Positions 49,117-58,549 are shown, counted from the stretch's first letter. The stretch: DNA of 64,000 nt from a bacterium (GCA_024233545.1 JACKPL010000004.1:83487-147486), one strand, 5' to 3'. The notes: a model not told the origin generated them from the letters alone. Program-made: numbers and translations.

Positions 49117-49547
49117 AAAAAATTCTCGTGCTTAACGGGCCAAACCTTAATTTACTTGGTGAACGCGAAACACAGGTATATGGAAAAACAACGCTCAACG
49201 ACATCAAAACTGAACTCAATTGCCTAGCAAACGAACTTCACGCCGAAATACAGTTTTTTCAAACTAATAGCGAATCTGGGCTTATCGACGCCATTCATAA
49301 TGCTAAGGACACATGCGATGGCATTATACTCAATCCTGCCGCATTTACTCATACAAGCATAGCCTTGATGGATGCCATAGCCGCGGTAAAAATACCCGTG
49401 ATTGAAGTCCATCTTTCAAATATACATGCAAGAGAAGACTTCCGCCACGTTTCGTATCCTGCTCGAGCATGTATCGGACAAATCAGCGGTTTCGGGAAGA
49501 ATAGTTATACGTTAGCGTTACGGGCTTTGATTGACTTTTTACACTAA
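49113..49547 (+). CDS. aroQ: type II 3-dehydroquinate dehydratase
   Basis: MKKILVLNGPNLNLLGERE..YG.., ..IILNPAAFTHTSIAL.D.., ..IEVHLSNIHARE.FR.. Confidence 0.9.
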   Translation: MKKILVLNGPNLNLLGERETQVYGKTTLNDIKTELNCLANELHAEIQFFQTNSESGLIDAIHNAKDTCDGIILNPAAFTHTSIALMDAIAAVKIPVIEVHLSNIHAREDFRHVSYPARACIGQISGFGKNSYTLALRALIDFLH

Positions 49548-49587
49548 ATTCTTTTGCCGCAATTAGCAATATTTAACGAGTAATTAT

Positions 49588-49616
49588 TTGACAAAATAAC
49601 GATTGCCACATACAAT
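49588..49616 (+). promoter_or_regulatory. sigma70-like promoter for accBC
   Basis: TTGACA, 17 nt, TACAAT. Confidence 0.5.
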
Positions 49617-49664
49617 AAGTCAATTTTATATTCTGTAAATAAAAGCACCACCATGGAGGATTAG

Positions 49665-50156
49665 ATGGATCTAAAACAGATTAAAGAAGTTATCCGTTTA
49701 ATGAAAGAAAACGACTTAACGGATTTCGAACTCGAAAAAGAAGGATTCAAAATAGTTCTGCGCAAAGAGAACAAATTGCCCTCTCCGCAAATAATCCCCC
49801 AAATACCTCAACCGTATTATGCGCCGCAACACCAAATGCCGCAAACAGTACATCACACCGAGGTTCATACGGCTCAAGGTTCTTCAGCTCCTTCGCCCAA
49901 AGAAGATGAAAAAAATATTGCGTATATTCTCTCTCCCATGGTGGGGACATTCTACGCCGCCCCATCCCCTGAATCACCGCCTTACGTTCAAAAAGGACAA
50001 CAAATTGGAGAAGATGATATAGTGTGCATAGTTGAAGCAATGAAAGTATTCAACGAAATCAATGCTGAAGTTTCCGGTACGATTGTCGAAATTCTTGTTG
50101 AAAACGGTTCACCCGTTGAATTCGGTCAAAAACTCTTTAAAGTAAAGAAGGCGTAA
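49665..50156 (+). CDS. accB: biotin carboxyl carrier protein
   Basis: Pro/Gln-rich linker, then ..SPMVGTFY.. and the biotinylation site ..[11 protein letters not shown].. Confidence 0.9.
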   Translation: MDLKQIKEVIRLMKENDLTDFELEKEGFKIVLRKENKLPSPQIIPQIPQPYYAPQHQMPQTVHHTEVHTAQGSSAPSPKEDEKNIAYILSPMVGTFYAAPSPESPPYVQKGQQIGEDDIVCIVEAMKVFNEINAEVSGTIVEILVENGSPVEFGQKLFKVKKA

Positions 50157-50160
50157 AGAG

Positions 50161-51507
50161 ATGTTCAAACGCATTTTGATTGCTAATCGCGGCGAAATTG
50201 CTTTACGCATTATTAGAGCATGCCGCGAACTTAATATAGAAACCGTCGCTGTATATTCTGAAGCTGATGCTGATAGTTTGCACGCAAAACTTGCCGACCA
50301 CGCAATTTGTATCGGCCCTGCTCCAAGCGCTCAAAGCTATCTTAATATACCGCGAATAATCAGCGCGGCCGAAATTGCTGATGTTGAAGCAATACATCCC
50401 GGATACGGTTTCCTTGCTGAAAATGCTCATTTCGCTGAAATATGCGAAAGTTGCAGTATAAAATTTATTGGACCAAGCCCAGATGCAATAAACAGAATGG
50501 GCAATAAATCATTTGCGAAAGATACGGTAAAACTTGCAGGTGTTCCGACAATACCCGGAAGTGATGGCGTCGTTAATAGCCGCGAAGAAGCATTAAAAAT
50601 TGCTCATGATATGGGATATCCCGTCATAATCAAAGCATCTGCCGGAGGTGGTGGGCGCGGCATGCGCGTTGCGCACAATGATATCAGTCTGGCAAATGCA
50701 TTCATGGCGGCGCGTTCTGAAGCTGAAACCGCTTTCGGCAACCCTGATGTTTATATTGAAAAATTCATTGAAAAACCACGTCATATTGAAATTCAAATCC
50801 TTGCTGACCAGCATGGAAATGTTGTGCATCTTTTTGAACGCGATTGTTCCCTTCAGCGACGGCACCAGAAACTTGTAGAAGAAAGTCCTTCTCCTATTTT
50901 AACGCCAGAAATAAGAAAACAAATGGGTACTGCCGCCGTAAATGCCGCAAAGTCTGTAAACTATGCCAATGCAGGCACTATTGAATTCTTATATGACAAT
51001 GAAAAATTTTATTTTATGGAAATGAATACTCGAATTCAAGTGGAACATCCCGTTACCGAAATGGTTACTGGTATTGACCTTATAAAACAGCAAATCAAGG
51101 TTGCCGCCGGCGAAAAACTACCTTTCACGCAGAAAGATATAAAACTCAGTGGACACGCAATAGAATGTCGTATTAACGCCGAAGACCCTTCCAGAAACTT
51201 TATGCCTTCACCCGGAAAAGTAACTGGTTATTATTCGCCCGGAGGACCCGGTATACGGGTTGACAGCCATGTGTATGCTGATTATAAAATTCCTCAATAT
51301 TATGATTCAATGATAGCAAAAGTCATTGCCCATGGTTCAAATCGTGATGAAGCAATCGGTACGATGGTTCGTGCTCTTGATGAATTCATGATTGAAGGAA
51401 TAAAAACTAACGTACACTTTCAAAAAACTCTCATTACTGATGAGACTTTTCGATCGGGGCATTTTTCAACACATTTTGTCGAAGAATTCTTAAAATCGAT
51501 GGAATAA
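50161..51507 (+). CDS. accC: biotin carboxylase
   Basis: [21 protein letters not shown].., ..[10 protein letters not shown].., ..GGGGRGMR.., ..[14 protein letters not shown].. Confidence 0.95.
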   Translation: MFKRILIANRGEIALRIIRACRELNIETVAVYSEADADSLHAKLADHAICIGPAPSAQSYLNIPRIISAAEIADVEAIHPGYGFLAENAHFAEICESCSIKFIGPSPDAINRMGNKSFAKDTVKLAGVPTIPGSDGVVNSREEALKIAHDMGYPVIIKASAGGGGRGMRVAHNDISLANAFMAARSEAETAFGNPDVYIEKFIEKPRHIEIQILADQHGNVVHLFERDCSLQRRHQKLVEESPSPILTPEIRKQMGTAAVNAAKSVNYANAGTIEFLYDNEKFYFMEMNTRIQVEHPVTEMVTGIDLIKQQIKVAAGEKLPFTQKDIKLSGHAIECRINAEDPSRNFMPSPGKVTGYYSPGGPGIRVDSHVYADYKIPQYYDSMIAKVIAHGSNRDEAIGTMVRALDEFMIEGIKTNVHFQKTLITDETFRSGHFSTHFVEEFLKSME

Positions 51508-51557
51508 AATTTTCTTACAAAGAAAATGGATATATCCGAATACGAATCGGAGTTTTT

Positions 51558-52201
51558 ATGAAAAAATTTTTACTTTTTTTGTTTCATTCTTTTTTTGTCT
51601 TTGTATTTTTCACAATCGGTTTTTTTCTGCTCGAGATATACTTTAATTTTTCTGGTCAGCCGATTTTATTCCGTCTCATATAGAATCTCTGTATGCAAAT
51701 AATTTGTTGCTTCTCGTGACTGGAGGTTTTTTTCTTTTATTTCCTCTTTTTTATTTTCTTGTTCGATTGTCCGGCCAGAGAAAAGAATCTATGTTAAAAT
51801 ACAATACTTCCGAAGGCGAAATAATAATATCTATACTTGCTGTCGAAGATTTTATTAAAAAAGTAGCTCGATCATTTCGCGAAGTAAAAGATGTGTCCCC
51901 CACCATTTCTTTGCGCGGCAATGACGGTCTTTCTATCAGCCTCAAAATAAAAATATGGTCGGGAGTACAAAACCTTCCTGTTGCTTTAGAAGAAATTCAA
52001 AAAGAGATACGTTGTCAAATACAAGATATGCTTGGTATTGAACACATCTATGGTATTACAGTGATAATCGCCAAAGACTCCTTTGTCCAACGAAACACAC
52101 CCGCACGGCAACGAAGCATTTCTTCAAAACAAATACAGCAAGAAGAAGTTGAATCGACAGCCGCAACATATAACGACTTAGACAACGACTACAATGCCTG
52201 A
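51558..52201 (+). pseudogene. AmaP/Asp23-like alkaline-shock membrane-anchor protein, apparently split by one frameshift
   Basis: A 41-aa ORF (GGAG Shine-Dalgarno, MKKFLLFLFHSFFVFVFFTIGFFLL.., stop 51681-51683) carries TM1. ORF 51704-52201 (TTG start) carries TM2 and an Asp23-like body (..EGEIIISILAVEDFIKKV..). The second frame is already open from about 51645, next to a T5 run. Confidence 0.45.
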
Positions 52202-52796
52202 CGAACAAATATCTCCCATGAAAAAACATATTGAATCGTATCTTTCTAACGGAGTCGATTTGCGAGCAGAAATTCGTAATTCATATATAGATAAAATCTA
52301 CGATATCGCATATGCAGTTTATAAAACACTTAAAAGCGGATACAAAGTCTATGTGTGCGGTAATGGAGGAAGCGCCGCCGATGCACAGCATTTCGCCGCG
52401 GAGTTTGTAAACCGCTATCTTCTTGAACGCGATCCATTGCCGGTCATTGCCCTTACTACAGATACTTCTGTAATTACATCCATTGGAAATGATTATTCAT
52501 TTGACGAAATATTTTCAAAACAGATAAAAGCTTTCGCCAAAAAAAACGATTGTGTTATTGCTATTTCTACGAGCGGAAAATCACCGAATATTATCAATGC
52601 GCTTAAACAGGCGAAAAACTCTTCGTGTGTAACAATTTCTATAACCGGAAAAGACGGTGGCAATATGCCTCAGTTTTCAGACTATACATTTATCGTTCCT
52701 TCCCAATGTACACCGCTTATTCAAGAAATACATTTAACGATTGAACATCTTATATGTGATATTGTTGAACAACTTTTATGTAATACTGCATCGTGA
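52194..52796 (+). CDS. gmhA: D-sedoheptulose-7-phosphate isomerase (SIS domain)
   Basis: ..VCGNGGSAADAQHFAAEFVNRY.., ..ALTTDTSVITSIGNDY.., ..ISTSGKSPNI.. Confidence 0.9.
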   Translation: MPDEQISPMKKHIESYLSNGVDLRAEIRNSYIDKIYDIAYAVYKTLKSGYKVYVCGNGGSAADAQHFAAEFVNRYLLERDPLPVIALTTDTSVITSIGNDYSFDEIFSKQIKAFAKKNDCVIAISTSGKSPNIINALKQAKNSSCVTISITGKDGGNMPQFSDYTFIVPSQCTPLIQEIHLTIEHLICDIVEQLLCNTAS

Positions 52797-52801
52797 ACAT
52801 C

Positions 52802-53281
52802 ATGAAAAATAAAATTCACACACTAACTTCTTTACTTCCGCTTGTCACTGCTCATAAAGCAAAGAATAAAAAAGTTGTCTTTACTAATGGTTGTTTTGAC
52901 CTATTGCATATCGGACATGTAATATATTTGCAAGAATGCAAAAAGCATGGAGATATCCTCATTATCGGACTGAATACGGATGACTCCATGCGAGCAATTA
53001 AAGGACAATCCCGTCCACTCGTACCATTAGAAGACAGAGCAGGAATTCTTGCCGCACTTGAATGTGTTGACTATGTGATACCTTTTTCTCAATCGACACC
53101 CAAAGAACTAATTGATACACTCAAGCCGGATGTTCTCATTAAAGGTGGCGATTACAAATTAGGTGATATTGTCGGAAAAGATGAAGTTATTATGCGGGGT
53201 GGAAAAGTTTTAACCATTCCGCTTGTTGAAGGCAAATCAACATCAAATCTTATTAAAACCATTATTGGAAAATGTACATAA
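52802..53281 (+). CDS. hldC: D-beta-D-heptose-1-phosphate adenylyltransferase (stand-alone RfaE domain II)
   Basis: ..VVFTNGCFDLLHIGHVIYLQE..GLNTDDSMRAIKG.SRPL..ALECVDYVIPF... An alternative GTG start at 52793 overlaps the gmhA stop. Confidence 0.85.
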   Translation: MKNKIHTLTSLLPLVTAHKAKNKKVVFTNGCFDLLHIGHVIYLQECKKHGDILIIGLNTDDSMRAIKGQSRPLVPLEDRAGILAALECVDYVIPFSQSTPKELIDTLKPDVLIKGGDYKLGDIVGKDEVIMRGGKVLTIPLVEGKSTSNLIKTIIGKCT

Positions 53282-53290
53282 TCTCGAGCA

Positions 53291-53710
53291 ATGGATAAAA
53301 TAAACAGAATTATAGACGCAAATTGTAATCGTACGCGCGAAGGGCTCCGTGTAATTGAAGAAATTATCCGCTTTTGGCTTGAAAATGCTCCTAGTTTTCA
53401 TACAATCAAGCAACTGCGACACCATTTTACAGCGTTAGAAACACAAATCCGATCACAACTAACACATGTAATGACAGCACGGCAAAGCGATCAGGATGTT
53501 GGAAAACACTATATACCCAACCTTGAGGCAAATCGCACCGATATAGTATCGCTTGCCGAAGCAAACTGCCGCCGCGTCGAAGAATCTTTGCGGGTGTTGG
53601 AAGAATTTCTAAAACTAACTGATGTTACAGTAATCAAAGAAGTAAAAGAACTTCGTTTTACCATTTATGAATTAGAAAAGCATCTCAAACATGAACTTAC
53701 TCAACAATAA
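53291..53710 (+). CDS. hypothetical helical protein; resembles the N-terminal extension I recall seeing fused to ThiE in some bacteria (unverified)
   Basis: MDKINRIIDANCNRTREGLRVIEEIIRF.. ..ANCRRVEESLRVLEEFLK.. is an internal duplication of an (A)NxxRxxEGLRV(I/L)EE motif. Overlaps the thiE start by 20 nt in a different frame. Confidence 0.4.
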   Translation: MDKINRIIDANCNRTREGLRVIEEIIRFWLENAPSFHTIKQLRHHFTALETQIRSQLTHVMTARQSDQDVGKHYIPNLEANRTDIVSLAEANCRRVEESLRVLEEFLKLTDVTVIKEVKELRFTIYELEKHLKHELTQQ

Positions 53711-54332
53711 AACATTATATTTAATTCTCGATACATCATATATCAGCGTCGAGTGTCTACCCGCTGTTGCAGTCGAATGTTGTGAAGGCGGAGTAGATAT
53801 AATTCAGTTTCGAGATAAAATATTATCCGATAAGGAAAAACTAGAAACCGCTCTCGTGTTAAAAAAAACTATTTTCCCCTTTTCAATCCCATTCATAATA
53901 AATGATAGGATCGATATTGCTCTTGCTTGTGAAGCGGATGGTGTACATCTCGGACAAGACGACCTGCCTATTCAAAAAGCACGGGACATCTGTAAAAAAC
54001 AAGGGGTATCAATGCTTATTGGGACATCAACACATTCACTTCAACAAGCCGAAGAAGCAGTTGCGCAATCACCAGACTACATTGCGGTAGGTCCCCTGTA
54101 TGCAACACAAACCAAACCGGATTACACTCCGGTAGGGCTCAATCTCGCACGGCAATTAGTGAAGAAATATACGTTACCTATTTTTGGCATCGGTGGTGTA
54201 AATGAAAAAACTATCGATGACGTATATGCAACCGGCTTACGGCATATTGCCGTTGTATCCGCTCTATTGCAATCGACTAATCGATCCAAAACAATTCATA
54301 ATTTAAAAAATATTCGGAGGAATCATGAGTAA
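53691..54332 (+). CDS. thiE: thiamine-phosphate synthase
   Basis: ..LYLILDTS.., ..IIQFRDK.., ..INDRIDIALACEADGVHLGQDDLP.., ..GTSTHS.., ..GPLYATQTKPD.., ..GIGGV.. Confidence 0.9.
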   Translation: MNLLNNKTLYLILDTSYISVECLPAVAVECCEGGVDIIQFRDKILSDKEKLETALVLKKTIFPFSIPFIINDRIDIALACEADGVHLGQDDLPIQKARDICKKQGVSMLIGTSTHSLQQAEEAVAQSPDYIAVGPLYATQTKPDYTPVGLNLARQLVKKYTLPIFGIGGVNEKTIDDVYATGLRHIAVVSALLQSTNRSKTIHNLKNIRRNHE

Positions 54333-55233
54333 TAATCTTGTTGTTGTCGGTTCAGTTGCATTTGATCATGTTGAAACTCCTGTTGGCATCAGAGAAGAAT
54401 CTCTAGGCGGTTCAGCAGTGTATTTTTCATATTCTGCAGGCTATTTCACAAAGGTTAAACTTGTCGGCGTCATTGGTGACGATTTTCCTCAACATCATAT
54501 CGAACAACTTAAAAAGCATGGTATTGATACTAAAGGGCTTGTTCGTAAAACTAATGGGAAAACATTCAGATGGCGCGGTTCATATCTTGGTAATCTCAAT
54601 GAAGCAAAAACACTTGAAACGCACCTCAATGTATTTGAAACATTCGACCCTGATTTGCCGGAAGATTTCCGTACCGCTGAGTTTGTTTTTCTGGCAAATA
54701 TCGATCCTGAACTTCAGCTAAAAGTTTTAGAACAAGTACGTTCTCCCAAGTATATTGTATGCGACACCATGAATTTATGGATCGATATCAAACGTAACGT
54801 CCTTTTAAAACTTCTAAAAAAAATCGATCTTATAATCCTCAACGATGCTGAAGCAAAACAACTTACCGGCGAACTCAACCTTATCAAAGCCGCACGGTCT
54901 ATTCAGAAACTTGGGCCTAAAACAGTCGTGGTGAAAAAAGGTGAGCATGGCGCACTGTTAGTTAACGAGAACAATCTATTTGTTACCCCCGCATTCCCTA
55001 TTGAAAAAGTTGTCGATCCAACTGGTGCTGGAGATACCTTTGCAGGAGGAATGGTCGGCTATTTATCAAAAACGAATGATACTTCGTTTAAAAATTTAAA
55101 GAAAGCCGTACTCTACGGCACTGTAATGGCTTCTTTTAATGTAGAAAATTTTTCGATGGATAATCTTTTTAATTTATCTCAAGAAAAAATAGAAAACAGG
55201 GTAAAGGAACTGCTTGAAAATATTTCATTGTGA
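54325..55233 (+). CDS. PfkB-family sugar/nucleoside kinase
   Basis: ..VVGSVAFDHV..GGSAVYFS.. and the C-terminal ..DPTGAGDTFAGGMVGYL.. signature. Confidence 0.8.
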   Translation: MSNNLVVVGSVAFDHVETPVGIREESLGGSAVYFSYSAGYFTKVKLVGVIGDDFPQHHIEQLKKHGIDTKGLVRKTNGKTFRWRGSYLGNLNEAKTLETHLNVFETFDPDLPEDFRTAEFVFLANIDPELQLKVLEQVRSPKYIVCDTMNLWIDIKRNVLLKLLKKIDLIILNDAEAKQLTGELNLIKAARSIQKLGPKTVVVKKGEHGALLVNENNLFVTPAFPIEKVVDPTGAGDTFAGGMVGYLSKTNDTSFKNLKKAVLYGTVMASFNVENFSMDNLFNLSQEKIENRVKELLENISL

Positions 55234-55291
55234 TTTTTTTCTATTGCCCATCGGAACTGAACTGTGTATAGTTTACGATTGAGTATCCTTA

Positions 55292-55364
55292 GCGAGCGTA
55301 ACTCAGCTGGTAGAGTTCCAGCTTCCCAAGCTGGCTGTCGCGGGTTCGACTCCCGTCGCTCGCT
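55292..55364 (+). tRNA. tRNA-Gly (anticodon CCC), CCA not encoded
   Basis: GCGAGCG TA ACTC AGCTGGTA GAGT T CCAGC TTCCCAA GCTGG CTGTC GCGGG TTCGACT CCCGT CGCTCGC T, followed by TTTTT. Confidence 0.9.
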
Positions 55365-55368
55365 TTTT

Positions 55369-56562
55369 CTATTCTTCAATACACTTTTTCAAAGCTTGAA
55401 CAATAAAATGTATATCGTCTTCTGTCATATCTGGAAATAATGGCAGGGTAATAGTCCTTCGGTAAAAATCTTCCGCATGAGGGAAACTGTCGATGGTAAA
55501 CCCAAAGCGATGTTGAAAATATGGCTGAAGGTGTATGGGAATATAATGGACATTAACTCCTATCCCCTGTTGACGCAGTTTGTCAAAAATTTCCTTGCGC
55601 CGTTTCGGATCGTCCAAGAGAATAGGAAATATATGCCATGCTGAATTTACTGATGAAGCAGGGGTTAAAACCGAAACACCCCCGATTTCATTAAGCAGTA
55701 AAAAATAAAGATTAGCTAATTTTCTTCGTCGGGTTATGAAGTAAGGCAATTTTTTTAACTGTTCTATTCCAAGCGCACACTGAAAATCGGTAATGCGATA
55801 GTTGAATCCGAGGTTCTGTTGTTCATAATACCATTCTCCTATAGGTTCAGACATAAAATATTCTCGTAAAAAATAGTCTTTATCTTTAGTTATGCCATGG
55901 GAACGAAAACGTTGTAGTTTTTCATATAATTTACTATCATTGGTCGTTATCATTCCTCCTTCACCTGTGGTTAAAGATTTAACAGGATGAAAACTAAACA
56001 CACACATATCCGAATGATATGCAGAACCAACCATAATATTTCTATTAAAAGAATCACAATAACTGGCGCCGGGAGCATGGCAGGCATCCTCTATGACATG
56101 AAATGCATATTTTTTTGCCAAATAAGCTATTTTCTCCATATCACAGGGTATACCTGCATAGTGCACGGGAATGACAATTTTCGGGGTTTTCTGAGTTAAA
56201 ATGAACGATTCCAAAGCGTCCGGTGACAACGATATTGTCGAGGGTGTAATATCGCAAAAAGCTGGAGTAGCGCCGCAATATAATGCGCAATTTATGCTTG
56301 CGACAAACGATATCGGAGAAGTGACAACACTATCGCCATGCGAAAGTTGAAGCGCACAGCACGCAAGATGCAAGGCGGCAGTGCCATTTGAACACGCAAC
56401 AGCATATTGTGCTCCAACATATTTTGCAAATTCTTGTTCGAATTCCTTAACTTTTGGCCCTTGTGTCAACCAATCAGAACGCAATGTTCCCGAAACAGAC
56501 GCGATGTCGTCTTCGTCAATATGTTGTTTGCCATAAGGAATAAACCGAGTATGATTTTTCAT
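55369..56562 (-). CDS. DegT/DnrJ/EryC1/StrS-family PLP-dependent sugar aminotransferase
   Basis: ..FEQEFAKYVGAQYAVACSNGTAALHLA.., ..DACHAPGA.., ..FSFHPVKSLTTGEGGMI.. (Schiff-base Lys). Confidence 0.9.
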   Translation of the reverse strand: MKNHTRFIPYGKQHIDEDDIASVSGTLRSDWLTQGPKVKEFEQEFAKYVGAQYAVACSNGTAALHLACCALQLSHGDSVVTSPISFVASINCALYCGATPAFCDITPSTISLSPDALESFILTQKTPKIVIPVHYAGIPCDMEKIAYLAKKYAFHVIEDACHAPGASYCDSFNRNIMVGSAYHSDMCVFSFHPVKSLTTGEGGMITTNDSKLYEKLQRFRSHGITKDKDYFLREYFMSEPIGEWYYEQQNLGFNYRITDFQCALGIEQLKKLPYFITRRRKLANLYFLLLNEIGGVSVLTPASSVNSAWHIFPILLDDPKRRKEIFDKLRQQGIGVNVHYIPIHLQPYFQHRFGFTIDSFPHAEDFYRRTITLPLFPDMTEDDIHFIVQALKKCIEE

Positions 56563-56651
56563 TTTCTAAACACTACATATACTATTTACTGGACTCTTTA
56601 TATGTAAGCAATATTTATTCCACATACTTGCGGACAGCATCGGTTTTATGG

Positions 56652-58549
56652 TCATTTGGTTGTAACAAGGCTCGCGATAATCTCTTGGATTTTTGGATGA
56701 TCCGGATAAAACTGCATTATTTCTTCTAATAATTTTTGCTTTTTTGCAGTATCATTCTGTGTGCATTCTGAAAACAGTTTATCCGGTAATATTGAATATG
56801 CTGTATTCTGAATAGCAAAATGTAATGATGAAATAAATCTATCCGGCTGCATTCCCTCCCTGTAAAATTTATGAATACACTGTTGGCAGAAATCAAATGT
56901 ACCCCCTTGAAGATAGTTATCTAACCAAATACTGTGCAAATCGGATTCCTTACTGGGCTGAAAACCATCAGGTTTCTGTTTACACAAAACAGGTTTTCCA
57001 TTAGCAAGTATCAACAGAGTTTGGGTTGTTTTAAAACAATTTATATGCTGTCCGGTTGGTGAAAGATCAATCAATTCATCCGAAGAAGGAACTGGTAAAT
57101 AATCGTTATGCGGTTGTATTACGACCGCATCGACAATTCGCGCCCAACGGTTATAATAATATTGGACGTTTATTTGATTCGACATGCTGTTCATACACTG
57201 AAGAAGAATGTATGGAGTTTCTTTATTAAATTTCGCACGTATCTCTAGAATGCTTAAAATAAGTTTTTCCGAAGGATAGCTAGAATCCGTTGTTTCTAAA
57301 GGGCGTGATAACGCATCGTATTCGTCTACATCAATGATCAGAATATCAAGTGGGCTTTGAATAAGTTTCGACATCATATCTGTATTTAAGAAATACCCGT
57401 TGGTTTTCAAACATACACGAAAACACAATTGTTCCTTTGCATATTTAATACATTCCAGTAAGTTAGGATGTAACGTTGGTTCTCCGAAGCCGTCTAATAC
57501 CAGATAAAGCAGATCGTTAGAAAAAGTATTTATGATGGTGCGATACTGTTCTATAGATAAATCGCATTCATAGTGTTTCATTAAAGTAAAAGGCGGCACG
57601 GATACCTTGGTATTGGTTCTACTGGTTAACTCAACTTCAATCGTTACAGGAGCTAGAGGCCTAGTTTTCTCATCAATCAGTTTTTGAATAGCAATCCGAT
57701 TATCAAATGTAACATCTTTTCTAAAAGACAATATATGCTTGATGAATTCTGCATCAGTTTGCCTATGAACTGGGTAAAATTGATATGCTTCAGCGGCTCG
57801 GACATGATGTACATATCCTGTTTCGTGCATATGCGACAGAATATCATCACAACTAAGCGGATTGCCGGAACGTTTCTTCAGATTTATTATCTGTTGCTGG
57901 CTAATTTCTTCTATTGATTTTTCGTTCTTTAAATTTGCCAAAGACACTGCCGTTTCTCTTACCTTTTCAATTTCTTCTTTGGTTTTTCGCTCTTTTGAAT
58001 ATTTACATGATGTGATTTTGGCGTGCAGGTCATGTGTTGGAATAACCAAAATCCTTTCACCGGGGAACCGAGTTCCATAACTTGCTCCTTTGCGCCCATA
58101 TTCTTGAACGGCAGTATCAAGCAACGAAGGTTCAATAAGTGGCACGTCATCTGCTACTGCCAATAGAGCGGCATCAATTGAATACGAGACCGCATATTCA
58201 TTTAAATACTGGGCATTAAAAAACCGAAAAGAGACATTTTGTATAAAAAATTATCACTAATAATCCGATTCGATTCCCGAAATGCATAGTCACTCGAATG
58301 AGGAATTCGAATGACTTCAAAAGACAACTGTCTTTCATTCTTAAAACTATGGGCGCATGCAACAATGGGAGCATCAATATCTAAATCCGAGGTAACAATA
58401 TTAACCTGTTGGATAAACCGTAAACCAGTTAATCTCTCAAGCTGATAATGTAATAGAGGGCGTCCATTGATATTTTCAAGAATTAACGAAGGTAAATCTT
58501 GTCGATTTAAAATCGCGCGGCTTGCATGTATAAAAAAATGTGATATCAT
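56652..58549 (-). pseudogene. composite protein: SpsF/NeuA-like nucleotidyltransferase N-domain plus radical-SAM/SPASM-like C-domain lacking CX3CX2C; one frameshift between the two listed ORFs
   Basis: ORF 58202-58549 (..ILENINGRPLLHYQLERL..) and ORF 56652-58163 (..AVADDVPLIEPSLLD.. continues the same fold). Then ..LDGFGEPTLHPNLL.., ..KTNGYFLN.., and SPASM-like ..NCFKTTQTLLILANGKPVLC..FCQQC... The second frame is open from 58250, so the frames overlap across 58205-58250. Confidence 0.6.

Noticed and set aside
55179-55379. 66-aa minus-strand ORF.
   Set aside because: It is the reverse complement of tRNA-Gly(CCC) and its flanks, so it is spurious.
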